A stretch of 64,000 nt of DNA from a virus (taxonomy: Duplodnaviria > Caudoviricetes). The translations under genes and the position numbers were made by a program. The stretch covers positions 1-64,000 of the IMG/VR virus record IMGVR_UViG_3300024331_000061. One strand, given 5' to 3'. Under the pieces are notes generated by a model. The model was not told the origin of the DNA. It worked only from the letters and a program-made list of their open reading frames with translations, and made no database searches. Below, one piece after another: positions 26,025 through 35,367 of this stretch (position 1 is the stretch's first letter; every line of letters begins with the position of its first letter).

Positions 26025-29000
26025 CTGGCATCACCCCTGTCCAGCCCTGCTGCTGTGCCACCCTCAGCCTAAAGCTCAGCTCGGCAAATGCCTGGGCGAG
26101 CGTGCCCCCCTCAGGCAGCATGATGTTCAGCACGTTGGCCAGCTGGCCTGCGGGAGCCGAGCCGCCCGGCCCGGCTGGCGTGACCCACTCCTGGCCCTTC
26201 TCCCCGAAGGTGTACTGCGTGCCCGACGCACCGAACCCGATGACCGGCTCGCGGATCAGGCCGCCCTTGGCGAAGCCACGGCGACCGCCAGCCCCTAGCA
26301 GGCCCCGCGCTACCGGGTCCGAGGCCCACGGGCCGTAGCCAGATGAGCTGAACAGGCTGATGGCCGCGCGGGTGTTGTTGGCCGCGTTGAGCAGGTTGCC
26401 GAAGGCCCCGTTCTGCCGGATGCCGCTGGTCGGCGTGATCTGGTACAGGCCCCAGCCGGTGAGGCCGGGGGGCTGGCCCTGCTGCACCGCGCCGGGCCGG
26501 TCACCGGACTCGGCCATGGCGATGGCCGCCATGTTGTTGGCAGCCCAGCCAGGCCCGCCGAGCTGGCTCCACAGCGCCGCGATGGCCCTGGCGGACATGG
26601 TGCCCGCCGTCGCGCCGCCGCCCCTGGCCGTGCCCAGCCCGCCGGGCGGGACGCCGGTCCACAGCAGCGGCATCGCGTGCAGGTTCATCAGCTGCGGACC
26701 CATGCCGCCGCCCTGGCTGATGACGCGCATGGCGTCCCGCACGATCGCCACATGCCCAGGGTCAGCCCCGCCCGCCGGACTGTGATAAAAGGCGAGACCA
26801 CCAGGGACAGGCGGGCTCCTGTGAACCCATGAGCCCTGTGCTTCTGATGTGCGTGGTGCGTTAATACCGAAGTGGTGGTAAATCGCTTGCGTAAATCCTG
26901 AACAGTCCGCACCACCAGGAACAGCAGTCCCACCCCACACATAGGGTATCTTGCCGATGAACTGCATGGCGTAGTCGGCTATGGCCGACCCGCTGGCCCC
27001 GCCCAGGCCCTGCCCGCTGAGCCACTGGGCCAGGTCGGTGATGATGATCTTGGGCAGCTGGGTCAGCAGGTTCCCGAATGCGCCACCGGCCCCGCCGTTG
27101 CCCAGGTGGTTGGCCAGTCCGGTGAGCGCCTTGGACACCATGGTGAGAGTCGCGCCGGGGTTGGACGTGGGGCTCAGGATCTCGGACACGATCCGGGGCA
27201 CGTTGAGCGCGGCGTGCAGGATGTCACCGAGACTCGGCCCGCCGACGGGGTTCACGCCCGAGCCGAAGCGCGCCTGGGCTGGCGTGACGCCGGGCGGGTT
27301 CTGGCCGACCTTGCCGCCCTTGGCGTAGCCGGGGACGCCGATCGTGGCGAGCAGCGGGGCCAGCAGGCTGCTGTGCGCGGCCGAGAGCACCGTCTCGTCC
27401 TTGCTGGCCCGGATCAGCACGTCATCAGCGGTCGGGCCGGTGCCCACGGTGATCTTGCCGCCAGCCGCGAAGTTGCGGATGTACGGCGGCCTCGGGATGG
27501 GCGCTCCCAGGTGCAGCGCGCTGGTGATGGTGTCGAACCCGTTGGCCACAGCGCCCAGCACGGTGTTGACCACGAACTTGACCGGGCCTGAGACGACGCT
27601 CTTGACGCCATTCCAGAACCGCCCGATGTTGGTGGCGGCGGTCTGGAACCAGCCGGGCACGGTCTTGGTGAAGAAATTGGATACGTCGGTCCCGAATACC
27701 TGGTGGAACCAGTTGATCAGGTCACGGAACCCGCCCTTTACCGGGTTTATCAGCCGGTTGATCGTGGCGTGGTAGAAGGAGTCCCAGACGTTAGGTATGG
27801 TCCGGGTGAAGAAATTGGAGATATCGGTGCCGAATACCTGGTGCAGCCAGCCCCAGAATGAGCTTGCTACCTTCTGTATCTCACCCCAGATAGCCTTCCA
27901 GTGCTTGGCCAGCTCGATGACGCCCAGGGCGATCAGGCCGACCGGGCCGAGCAGCGGCAGCAGGAACTTGCCGAACCCGTCCCAGATGAAGTGCCACGCA
28001 TCAGCCGCGAGCTGCTTGATCTCGCCCCAGACGGCTTTCCAGTGCTTGACCAGCTCGAAGATCCCGATGGCCAGCGCCGCGATGGCGATGATGATCAGCC
28101 CGATCGGGTTGGCGGCCAGCGCGGCGTTCAGAATCCACTGGACGGCGGCCCACAGCTTGACCGCGCCCCAGATCGCCAGGAGGCCGACGACGATGCCCTT
28201 CAGCACGTCCGGCGGGATGGCGTTGATCAGGCTGGTCAGCCCGCTAGCCAGGTCCTGGATAACCGAGACCACGGCGGTCGTGAAGAGGCCGACGAACGTG
28301 AGCAGCAGCGGCAGGATGACGGGCAGCACGGAAGCGATGGCCTGGAGGGCCACGGTAGCCAGCTGGGTCAGCGGCGGCAGGATGGCCAGCACGGCGCTGA
28401 CCAGGGCGTTAATCAGGATGCCCGACAGCGCCGAGATGAACTTGATGATAGGCGGCAGCAGCGGGGTAAGTCCGTGGAGAAGGGCCGTGATCAGCCTGGC
28501 CAGCGGCTTGACCAGCGCCTCCAGGGCGTCCCCCAGGATGGCGAAGACGCCGCTGTTCTCCATCACGGTGAAGATCCCGGACAGCGCCGTGGCGAAGGCA
28601 GACAGGCTCGGGGCGACCGCGATCAGCAGCTGGGCGACGGCGGTAAAGGCAGCTACCAAGTCAGTGAGAATGGCACCGGCAAGGGATGCGATCAGCTTTC
28701 CGATAATGGTCAGGAATGGCAGCAGGGACTTAATGACGGCGGCAAAGGTGACGAATACGGGAGCCAGGGCGTTAGCAAATATGGCTGCCAGTTTCCCGAT
28801 TATGGGGAATAGCGCCGCTACCACGTCGAGAAGGGCCTTGAGAATAGCCGAGGCTGGCTTGATGACCGGGGCGAACTCAGTCAGCATGGTGCCCAGGTCC
28901 TTGCCGATGGTGGCCATGACCTGGGCGAAGACGTTCAGGGCGGGACCGGCTGCCTTCAGCAGCGAGATCAGGCCGGGTAGCAGCCCGGTGACCAGCCCGC

Positions 29001-29997
29001 CCAGGCCCTTGACCAGCGGGGCGATCAGCGGTGCGGTCGCCCGGAACGCCTGCCCGAGCAGTGGCAGCAGGGTCTGGGCCACGCTGGTCACGCTGGTCAG
29101 AAGCGGCTGGATCAGGGTGCCTGCCCCGGCGAACGCCTGCTTCAGCTCGGGGGTGATCGACCGCATCAGGCTCGGGATTCGCTTCAGCGCCGCCATCAGC
29201 GGGGTCAGCATGCCCTCGGCCCCGGCCATCAGCCCGGCCTTGAGAGCCGCCCCGGCGGCCTGTGCCTCGGCGTACGCCGGTCCCTGGGTGGCGGGCTGGC
29301 CCTTGACGTTCTTGGTCCCGATGAGCGTCTTGGCCCCGAGTGCGGCGAACCCGAGCCCGGCCCCGGCGGTGACCGCCGCGCCGCCGATCGCGCCGACGGC
29401 GGGCAGCGCCCCGAGCGCCGCGCCGCCGAGGCCGAGGATGGTGGCGGCCCGCGTGCCGATCCCGAGGACGCCAGGCCCGATGCCCTTGAACAGCCCGGTG
29501 CCCAGGCCCTGGTTCTGGTTGCCCCCGCCGCCCCGGCTGGCCGCCCTGGCGATGGCCGCCGTGCCGACCGGGCCGATGCCGCCGCCACCGCCCCCGCCAC
29601 CGCCGCCTGCGCGCTGCTGAGCGGCCTGCTGAGCCGGTGCGGACGCGGGGGTAGGAGCGTTGACTACCTTGCCGAGCAGCCCGCTGCTGGCGGCCTGCTG
29701 AGGGCTCGGGGAGCCGCTGACCGGATGCGGGCTGAACATCGCGTTGAGCGAGCCGAGCACGGAACCCTGCGGGCTGGACCGCAGCCGGGAGGCCGCGTCA
29801 CGGGAGATCTGGTTATCCAGCTGCGCGAACATGGACCGTGCCCGGCCCAGGCTGGCATTATCGAACACCGCCGAGATGCGGACCTTGTGATCCTGGCGCT
29901 CGAACGCCTTGACCCGTTCCTCAGCCTGGGTCAGCTTGCGGTCGAACAGGGACATCTCGACATCAAGATGTGCCTGGATGGCACCCGCATCGAACAT
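26017..29997 (-). CDS. Tape measure protein with C-terminal NlpC/P60 and lytic transglycosylase-like domains
   Basis: Long Ala/Leu helical repeats; PYVWGG...ADCSG...RTS...GHV (NlpC/P60); AIAMAESG...GLYQI...GPW (SLT-like). Confidence 0.92.
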   Translation of the reverse strand: MFDAGAIQAHLDVEMSLFDRKLTQAEERVKAFERQDHKVRISAVFDNASLGRARSMFAQLDNQISRDAASRLRSSPQGSVLGSLNAMFSPHPVSGSPSPQQAASSGLLGKVVNAPTPASAPAQQAAQQRAGGGGGGGGGGIGPVGTAAIARAASRGGGGNQNQGLGTGLFKGIGPGVLGIGTRAATILGLGGAALGALPAVGAIGGAAVTAGAGLGFAALGAKTLIGTKNVKGQPATQGPAYAEAQAAGAALKAGLMAGAEGMLTPLMAALKRIPSLMRSITPELKQAFAGAGTLIQPLLTSVTSVAQTLLPLLGQAFRATAPLIAPLVKGLGGLVTGLLPGLISLLKAAGPALNVFAQVMATIGKDLGTMLTEFAPVIKPASAILKALLDVVAALFPIIGKLAAIFANALAPVFVTFAAVIKSLLPFLTIIGKLIASLAGAILTDLVAAFTAVAQLLIAVAPSLSAFATALSGIFTVMENSGVFAILGDALEALVKPLARLITALLHGLTPLLPPIIKFISALSGILINALVSAVLAILPPLTQLATVALQAIASVLPVILPLLLTFVGLFTTAVVSVIQDLASGLTSLINAIPPDVLKGIVVGLLAIWGAVKLWAAVQWILNAALAANPIGLIIIAIAALAIGIFELVKHWKAVWGEIKQLAADAWHFIWDGFGKFLLPLLGPVGLIALGVIELAKHWKAIWGEIQKVASSFWGWLHQVFGTDISNFFTRTIPNVWDSFYHATINRLINPVKGGFRDLINWFHQVFGTDVSNFFTKTVPGWFQTAATNIGRFWNGVKSVVSGPVKFVVNTVLGAVANGFDTITSALHLGAPIPRPPYIRNFAAGGKITVGTGPTADDVLIRASKDETVLSAAHSSLLAPLLATIGVPGYAKGGKVGQNPPGVTPAQARFGSGVNPVGGPSLGDILHAALNVPRIVSEILSPTSNPGATLTMVSKALTGLANHLGNGGAGGAFGNLLTQLPKIIITDLAQWLSGQGLGGASGSAIADYAMQFIGKIPYVWGGTAVPGGADCSGFTQAIYHHFGINAPRTSEAQGSWVHRSPPVPGGLAFYHSPAGGADPGHVAIVRDAMRVISQGGGMGPQLMNLHAMPLLWTGVPPGGLGTARGGGATAGTMSARAIAALWSQLGGPGWAANNMAAIAMAESGDRPGAVQQGQPPGLTGWGLYQITPTSGIRQNGAFGNLLNAANNTRAAISLFSSSGYGPWASDPVARGLLGAGGRRGFAKGGLIREPVIGFGASGTQYTFGEKGQEWVTPAGPGGSAPAGQLANVLNIMLPEGGTLAQAFAELSFRLRVAQQQGWTGVMPGG

Positions 29998-30327
29998 CAG
30001 GCACCACCCTTCTTCGACCTGTCTGCCTCCAGCTCGGCCCGCATCGCGGTCAGGTCCAGCACGTCCGCGCCCATGTCCACGTTCTCGCGGACCTTCGGCC
30101 CGGCCATGCCCGGCGTCAGCTCCGTGTTCTCTTCGCGGAAGCTGAAGGGCACGCTCTCATCTTCCGCCAGCCCGTCCAGGTAGCACTTCTGCACGTCCCA
30201 TGCCAGCTCATCCCACTCGGCCAGCGAGAGGGACAGGTAGCGGCGGATGATGTACCCGATTACCCGGCGCGTGCGCCACGCAGATTCGTCACCTGCGCGT
30301 TCCCACCGCCGGTCACGGCTTCCGGGG
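29997..30327 (-). CDS. Tail assembly chaperone frameshift extension (gpT-like)
   Basis: -1 frame open from the end of the TAC gene to 29997 (WRTRRVIGYIIRRYL...EWDELAWDVQKCY); candidate slip CCCCGGAA at 30327-30320. Confidence 0.6.
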
Positions 30328-30691
30328 CCATCACCTCTTGCTGGAGCCAGTTGAAGAAGACAGTGCGGATGCGCATCGGCAGCTGGCCGATCTGCTCAGC
30401 CGTGGGCGTGTCCGAGCACAGCTCCGCGTACACCTCGTTCAGCTTGTTCATGGCCCTGATCTGGATCTCGGGGTCCAGGTCGTCCAGGGCACCCAGCATC
30501 GACACCGGGTCCTCCAGGTCCACGCCCTCGGGCAGGTCCTTCTGGGCTGCCTGGAACGTGTCCTTGACCCCGGCCATGAACGCCGCGATCTGCCGGTCAG
30601 TCGGCTCCGGGATGGTGCCGTGCGCCTGGACGAAGGGCCTCAGGTCGAAGTCGAGCGCCTCTACGACGCCCTCAGCCTTGAATCCTGCCAC
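30260..30691 (-). CDS. Tail assembly chaperone (gpG-like)
   Basis: 143 aa acidic protein between tail tube and tape measure genes. Confidence 0.8.
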   Translation of the reverse strand: MAGFKAEGVVEALDFDLRPFVQAHGTIPEPTDRQIAAFMAGVKDTFQAAQKDLPEGVDLEDPVSMLGALDDLDPEIQIRAMNKLNEVYAELCSDTPTAEQIGQLPMRIRTVFFNWLQQEVMAPEAVTGGGNAQVTNLRGARAG

Positions 30692-30700
30692 TTGCTGCTC

Positions 30701-31309
30701 CTAGCTCGTGGCGATGGCCGTGAGGTCAGTCCACGTGATCTGGTTGAACGGGCAGACGGCGTTGAGCGTGAGCGGGTACAGCCTCTGCTGGGCTGCGCGC
30801 CGGTACGCCGTCTGGACCTGCCCGGCGGACACCACGGTGGGGATCGAGAGCACGCGGGCGAAGCCGAGCTGGTTCTTGCCGACGAGCGCCACGGCCACCT
30901 GCTGGAAGTTGGTGCTCAGCGTGAGCACCGACTTGCCGGGCTGGCCAGCGCCCGCCGGGGTGACCGCGACCGAGCCGCCGTTGCCCCAGGCAAGGTTGAC
31001 GTTGGTCAGCGTCTCTTCCGACAGTGAGCAGGTCACCTGGAGGGTGGCGGTGCTGACCGCCACGCCGACCGGCGTCGGCTGCTCTTCAATCGTCAGGTCC
31101 TGGGTGGTCGGGTTGAACGTGACGGTGACGCCAGCCTCGGTGGCTCCCACGTAGGCCCAGCCGAGGCCGGTCCAGGACGAGCCGACGCCCAGGTTCTGGT
31201 CAGACGGCACCGCCGTGCCGACGATCGCCGTGAACAGGATGCCGATCCCGAACAGGACGTTGGTCGTGGTGTAGTTCGGGGGCGAGTAGACAAGCGGCGG
31301 GCCAGCCAT
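30701..31309 (-). CDS. Major tail (tube) protein
   Basis: WAYVGATEAGVTVTFNPTTQDLTIEEQPTPV...SLSEETLTN; synteny. Confidence 0.85.
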   Translation of the reverse strand: MAGPPLVYSPPNYTTTNVLFGIGILFTAIVGTAVPSDQNLGVGSSWTGLGWAYVGATEAGVTVTFNPTTQDLTIEEQPTPVGVAVSTATLQVTCSLSEETLTNVNLAWGNGGSVAVTPAGAGQPGKSVLTLSTNFQQVAVALVGKNQLGFARVLSIPTVVSAGQVQTAYRRAAQQRLYPLTLNAVCPFNQITWTDLTAIATS

Positions 31310-31314
31310 CTAGA

Positions 31315-31689
31315 TCACGTCTCTTCCTGGGTGAGCTTCACACCCGAGTCACTGGCCGCCTCCATCATCGCCTGCACGGCACGGGCGGGCACTTCGGTGT
31401 AGTCCTCGCCCACCTCAAGGCCGTTGTGGACGAAGGCGATATGCGGTGCTTCCACCTTCAGGCGGATTGTCTCGCCAGCTGCCGCCTGGGCGCGGACGCT
31501 GGCCAGCTCGCTCTCCAGCCTGGCTGCCCTGGCGGACAGGTCCTCGTCAGCCGCAGGCTCGGCGCTGGTGCCCAGGGCCGCGCTGTCGGCCTGGTCGTCC
31601 TGGGTCTCGCCTACCATCCGGGCTGCGAGCGTGTCCGTGGCACCGGCCTCTTCCGGTCCCGCGTAGCCGGGCTGACCTGGCTCTGTCAT
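31315..31689 (-). CDS. Hypothetical protein
   Basis: 124 aa acidic N-terminus plus small C-terminal domain. Confidence 0.65.
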   Translation of the reverse strand: MTEPGQPGYAGPEEAGATDTLAARMVGETQDDQADSAALGTSAEPAADEDLSARAARLESELASVRAQAAAGETIRLKVEAPHIAFVHNGLEVGEDYTEVPARAVQAMMEAASDSGVKLTQEET

Positions 31690-31702
31690 GTCTCAGATCC
31701 TC

Positions 31703-32188
31703 TCACGGCTGAACGGGAATGAGCGTGAAGGCGCGGACCACCAGGTTGGTGGTCGTGGTGAAGTCGATGAGGACGCAGCCCACGTCAGCGGCCACGACGG
31801 CCTGGCTGTTGAGCGCACCAGCCCACGTCTGCCCGGAGACGCCCTGGATGTTGTAGGTGGCCGGGGACCACGGACCCAGCCAGCCCGAAGACGTGACGCC
31901 GAGGGTGGCCTGGATGGTCGTGCCCGGCGCGTACGTCCCGGTGTTGCCAACCGGGTCTCCGATCAGCACCTGGGAGACGCCAGCCCCGGCAGCGCCGCTG
32001 GCCCAGTACAGCACCACCTGGCCGTTGTTCGGGATGCGGATCGCACCGGAGATGTTCGGCCAGGCGGTGATCGCGCTCGGGCTGCCCGCGTCGTAGCCGG
32101 GCGTGGCCGCTAGCGGGAACACGCTGGTCAGCGGCTGGCTGTTGAGCGGGATCGGCAGCAGCGTCACGCGGGGCTGGGGGAACGCCAT
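31703..32188 (-). CDS. Virion-associated hypothetical protein
   Basis: Start MAFPQPR at 32188 after CAGGAG; beta-rich. Confidence 0.7.
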   Translation of the reverse strand: MAFPQPRVTLLPIPLNSQPLTSVFPLAATPGYDAGSPSAITAWPNISGAIRIPNNGQVVLYWASGAAGAGVSQVLIGDPVGNTGTYAPGTTIQATLGVTSSGWLGPWSPATYNIQGVSGQTWAGALNSQAVVAADVGCVLIDFTTTTNLVVRAFTLIPVQP

Positions 32189-32189
32189 G

Positions 32190-32612
32190 TCAGACTCCTG
32201 TAACGATAATGTAACTGCACGTGAACTCGTGCCTGAGGTCCCCTGGATCGACGGGCAGCGGGGTCGGGCCGTTGGTAGCCCTGTAGGCATTGCTGATCTG
32301 TACGCCATCGACCAGCACCGGGAACGGGGCTCGCAGGATCAGGTCATCCAGGAACTGGGCCGTGGCCTCAGGCTCGAACGGGTCGTCCTGCGGCCCGCGT
32401 ACCCGCACCTGGAACATGCTGGCGTCTACCACGCCCTCGTCCGCCAGGTAGCCAGGCCCGCCGCCGCCCGTGATGAACACCGAGCGGTCGGGCTCGTCCA
32501 GGATCTGCGGCCCGGCGAACAGCGGGTAGCCGACCTCCTGGGTCGCGTCCCAGCCAAGGGACCTGATCCAGTCGATGATCAGCTGCGTCTGGGCTACCTG
32601 GAGGACGGGCAT
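32190..32612 (-). CDS. Tail terminator-like protein
   Basis: EPDRSVFITGGGGPG...FQVRVRG...DLRHEFTCSY; position upstream of tail tube. Confidence 0.65.
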   Translation of the reverse strand: MPVLQVAQTQLIIDWIRSLGWDATQEVGYPLFAGPQILDEPDRSVFITGGGGPGYLADEGVVDASMFQVRVRGPQDDPFEPEATAQFLDDLILRAPFPVLVDGVQISNAYRATNGPTPLPVDPGDLRHEFTCSYIIVTGV

Positions 32613-32613
32613 G

Positions 32614-33117
32614 TCAGCGGCCCCTCAGGTGCGGCGGGGGCTCCTGCTTGTTCATGACGTGCCACCAGATCCACCCGATCAGCTCGGGCGGCAGGTGCCG
32701 CAGCCGGGCCTTGGCCCGCAGCTCGGCGTCCGTCAGCCGGTGCTGCTTGGGCTGGCGGTCGTAGATGCTGCGGACCCCCACGTGCACCTCGGGGTGCCCG
32801 GAGCGGAGCAGGTCACCGAACTCGCGCGGCGCGTTGGCCTCGACCTGATCGCTCAGGTCCTCCATCGCGTTCTCCATCGCCCGGTGGCCGCCGTCGCGCA
32901 GCACGTCACGGGCGTACTGCGCCAGGTAGTCGTCGTAGTTCTCGTACAGCGGGGCCTGGAGATACTGCGCCCGGCCGCCGCGCGGGTGCCGCAGCTCCAG
33001 GTGCTCGTGCTGGTAGTGGGCGTAGACCTGATCCACGGTGACGGTGCCGTGCAGGTTCCCCTCGCGGCTGCCGGTCTTCCGGCGCAGCTCGGCTACCTGC
33101 TCGCTGAAGCTCTTCAT
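32614..33117 (-). CDS. Neck / tail-completion protein (HK97 gp10-like)
   Basis: Start MKSF at 33117 (ATGA); QVYAHYQHE...HPRGGRAQYLQAP...APREFGDLLRSG. Confidence 0.65.
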   Translation of the reverse strand: MKSFSEQVAELRRKTGSREGNLHGTVTVDQVYAHYQHEHLELRHPRGGRAQYLQAPLYENYDDYLAQYARDVLRDGGHRAMENAMEDLSDQVEANAPREFGDLLRSGHPEVHVGVRSIYDRQPKQHRLTDAELRAKARLRHLPPELIGWIWWHVMNKQEPPPHLRGR

Positions 33118-33644
33118 GGCATCCAGCTCTGCCCGGACCAGTCCAGCCCGCGCGGGGACCACAGCCCAGCCGGGGTGTCGGACTCCAGGTAGCCGTCCTG
33201 GCCCACGCGGGTGTTGCTGTCGCTGCCGTTGAAGATGGGCGGGATGCGGTTGACCACGTGGGCCATCTCCGCGCCGACGCCAGCCCCTGCTACCGCCGGG
33301 TCCAGCCTGATCTCTCCCGAGCGCACCGCGTCCAGGATCTTCTGCGCGTTCTGGTACGCGATGAAGGCCGGGTGTGTCGCGGGTATGGCCTTGGACTTGA
33401 GGTAGTTCTTCCAGGCCCAGAAAGCGGCCAGGTCCAGGCACAGGTCGTGGAAGATGTCCGGCGGCACCGCCTGCGGCACGCTGGAGTCGTAGACCGCCCC
33501 GGCGTAGACGCTGATCCGGCTGCTTGCGGTAGCAAGAGCCTGGTTGAGCTGGAGGTCGCTCAGCTGCGCGGGCGTGCCGACCCCGCTGTCCGTGCCGGAC
33601 AGCACCTCGCGCAGGTCAGCCAGGGTGGCATACAGGACCGTCAT
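33114..33644 (-). CDS. Head-tail adaptor (Mu gp36/DUF1320-like)
   Basis: YATLADLR...LSDLQLNQALATASSRISVYAG...P-x-IFHDLCLDLAAF. Confidence 0.7.
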   Translation of the reverse strand: MTVLYATLADLREVLSGTDSGVGTPAQLSDLQLNQALATASSRISVYAGAVYDSSVPQAVPPDIFHDLCLDLAAFWAWKNYLKSKAIPATHPAFIAYQNAQKILDAVRSGEIRLDPAVAGAGVGAEMAHVVNRIPPIFNGSDSNTRVGQDGYLESDTPAGLWSPRGLDWSGQSWMP

Positions 33645-33847
33645 GGCACCGCGCAGGCAAGCAGCCAGGCCGCGAAGCCGCCGAACCCCCAGGCCCACGC
33701 CGGGCCGTGGAAGATGCCGCCGACGATGAGCGCGGCGATGGCGAAGCACACGAAGCCGAGGAAGCAGATGAACCGTGACAGGAACCACGGGGACCGTGCC
33801 ACGTAGCCGGACTGTCCCTGGTAGCCGGGCTGGCCTGGAGCTGCCAT
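33641..33847 (-). CDS. Small two-TM membrane protein
   Basis: Two hydrophobic segments, coupled start/stop. Confidence 0.65.
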   Translation of the reverse strand: MAAPGQPGYQGQSGYVARSPWFLSRFICFLGFVCFAIAALIVGGIFHGPAWAWGFGGFAAWLLACAVP

Positions 33848-34047
33848 CAGCCTGTCCCTCCGAACGACTGGGCCTCGCTTGGGTCATTGTCCGTGGTCGT
33901 GAGCGAAGTCAGGTTGGAGACGCCGTAGGCGGCCTCCAGCGTGCTACCGGCCGGTACGTCCACGATGGTCCCGCCCGTGACGGGGAAGTTGCCGCCATCC
34001 CAGTTCACGATGATGTCCTTGTTGACCACGCGCGGGTTGGCGGCCAT
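33847..34047 (-). CDS. Small beta-rich virion-region protein
   Basis: 66 aa; similar to 34652 and 37394 proteins. Confidence 0.65.
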   Translation of the reverse strand: MAANPRVVNKDIIVNWDGGNFPVTGGTIVDVPAGSTLEAAYGVSNLTSLTTTDNDPSEAQSFGGTG

Positions 34048-34643
34048 CAGTTGCTCACCCCTGCTCCGAATCCGGTCAGCCCGCCCTCGGCGTGCGCCGG
34101 GTAAGGCAGGAGCGTCTGCGGGTTGTACCCGGCCAGCTCGGCCAGGGTGTTGTAACTGGCATAGACCGGCGCGTAGATGCTGGGCATCGGCGCGGTCCAG
34201 GCCCAGGTCGGTGCAGCCGAGTAGACCAGCGTGATCGAGCCGCCAGGCGGCAGCATCACCGAGCTGGGGCTGGCGATGGCGGTGCCGCTCCGTCCGTCGG
34301 CCAGCGCGGTCCAGACCCAGGTAGGCGCAACCGAGTAGGTGATGGCGATCGTGCTGCCCGCCGGGACCACCAGGACACCTGCGGTCAGGCCCGAGGACAC
34401 GCCGCCGACCGAGATGACGGTGACCGTACCGGCGGTCACGGTGACCGCGACGGGGAACGGGTTGGTGTTGCTGGCGGCCACCGTGCTGGCCGGGACAGCT
34501 GGCGTGGCGACCACGGGAGCGAGCGGCGGGGCAACCAGGATGCCGGTGACCGTGCCGCCGGTCACCGTGACGTTGACGAACTGCCCGTTGCTGTTGGGCG
34601 CAGCTACCGTGGTGGCCGGTACTGCCGGGGTTACAACGGTCAT
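34047..34643 (-). CDS. Thr/Val-rich virion-region protein with internal duplication
   Basis: Repeats V-x-VTVTxGTVT and PxGxxIxxxYSxAPTWxW. Confidence 0.7.
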   Translation of the reverse strand: MTVVTPAVPATTVAAPNSNGQFVNVTVTGGTVTGILVAPPLAPVVATPAVPASTVAASNTNPFPVAVTVTAGTVTVISVGGVSSGLTAGVLVVPAGSTIAITYSVAPTWVWTALADGRSGTAIASPSSVMLPPGGSITLVYSAAPTWAWTAPMPSIYAPVYASYNTLAELAGYNPQTLLPYPAHAEGGLTGFGAGVSN

Positions 34644-34651
34644 CCTGGCTC

Positions 34652-34933
34652 CTAGTTTGCGAGGGCTGCGTGCCCTACGTCATCGACACCCTGGGTGAAC
34701 AGGCGCAGGTTGCCAGCCCCGATCGCCGTGAACAGCGGCCCGGCGGGGTCCAGCACGATGGCCGTGCCCGAGATGAACGTGGTGGGCCACAGGTAGCCAG
34801 CCTGGCCTACTGCCGTAGCCGCGTTGCCGAGCCCGGCGAGCCCGCCGCTTCCCTGCTCGCCCGCAACCGCCGTGGCCAGCGTCCCGGCGGCCACGGTGAC
34901 GGTGGAGGTGAGCACATAGCGGTTCAGCGCCAT
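34652..34933 (-). CDS. Small beta-rich virion-region protein
   Basis: 93 aa, AIGAGNLR motif shared with 37394 protein. Confidence 0.65.
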   Translation of the reverse strand: MALNRYVLTSTVTVAAGTLATAVAGEQGSGGLAGLGNAATAVGQAGYLWPTTFISGTAIVLDPAGPLFTAIGAGNLRLFTQGVDDVGHAALAN

Positions 34934-35364
34934 CAGAACCCCCAGCCCGGATTGCCGGGCACCAGCTGCTCGCCTGCCGCGCTGAAGGACGGGTTGACGG
35001 CCAGCTGGCCGAAGGTGACGCTGTTCGCGTGCGCCCTGGCGAAGCCGCCCGCGACCGGGATGTTGGTAGCCGTGCCGGTGGTGGTCACCACGACCACCTC
35101 AGCCAGCGCGCCCACGTCGTAGAGCAGGCGCATGCCTGCGGTGAAGCTCGCGCCGCCCGAGGCGACGGTGATCGCCAGCGTGGTAGCCGGGGTGACCACC
35201 GCAGCTGTGGCGGTGCCCGTCGGGGCCACCGCCGTGAAGGTGAACTGCCACTCGCACCCGGAGCAGCGGTACAGGACGCCGCCCGCGCTCACGTCGATGA
35301 ACGACCGCAGCGCCTTGCATCGCGGGCAGAGTGCCAGCGAGTTGACGGGGATCGTGGCAACCAT
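34933..35364 (-). CDS. Zinc-ribbon plus beta-domain protein
   Basis: CPRC...CSGC then FTAGMRLLYD...RAHA. Confidence 0.7.
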   Translation of the reverse strand: MVATIPVNSLALCPRCKALRSFIDVSAGGVLYRCSGCEWQFTFTAVAPTGTATAAVVTPATTLAITVASGGASFTAGMRLLYDVGALAEVVVVTTTGTATNIPVAGGFARAHANSVTFGQLAVNPSFSAAGEQLVPGNPGWGF

Positions 35365-35367
35365 GTG

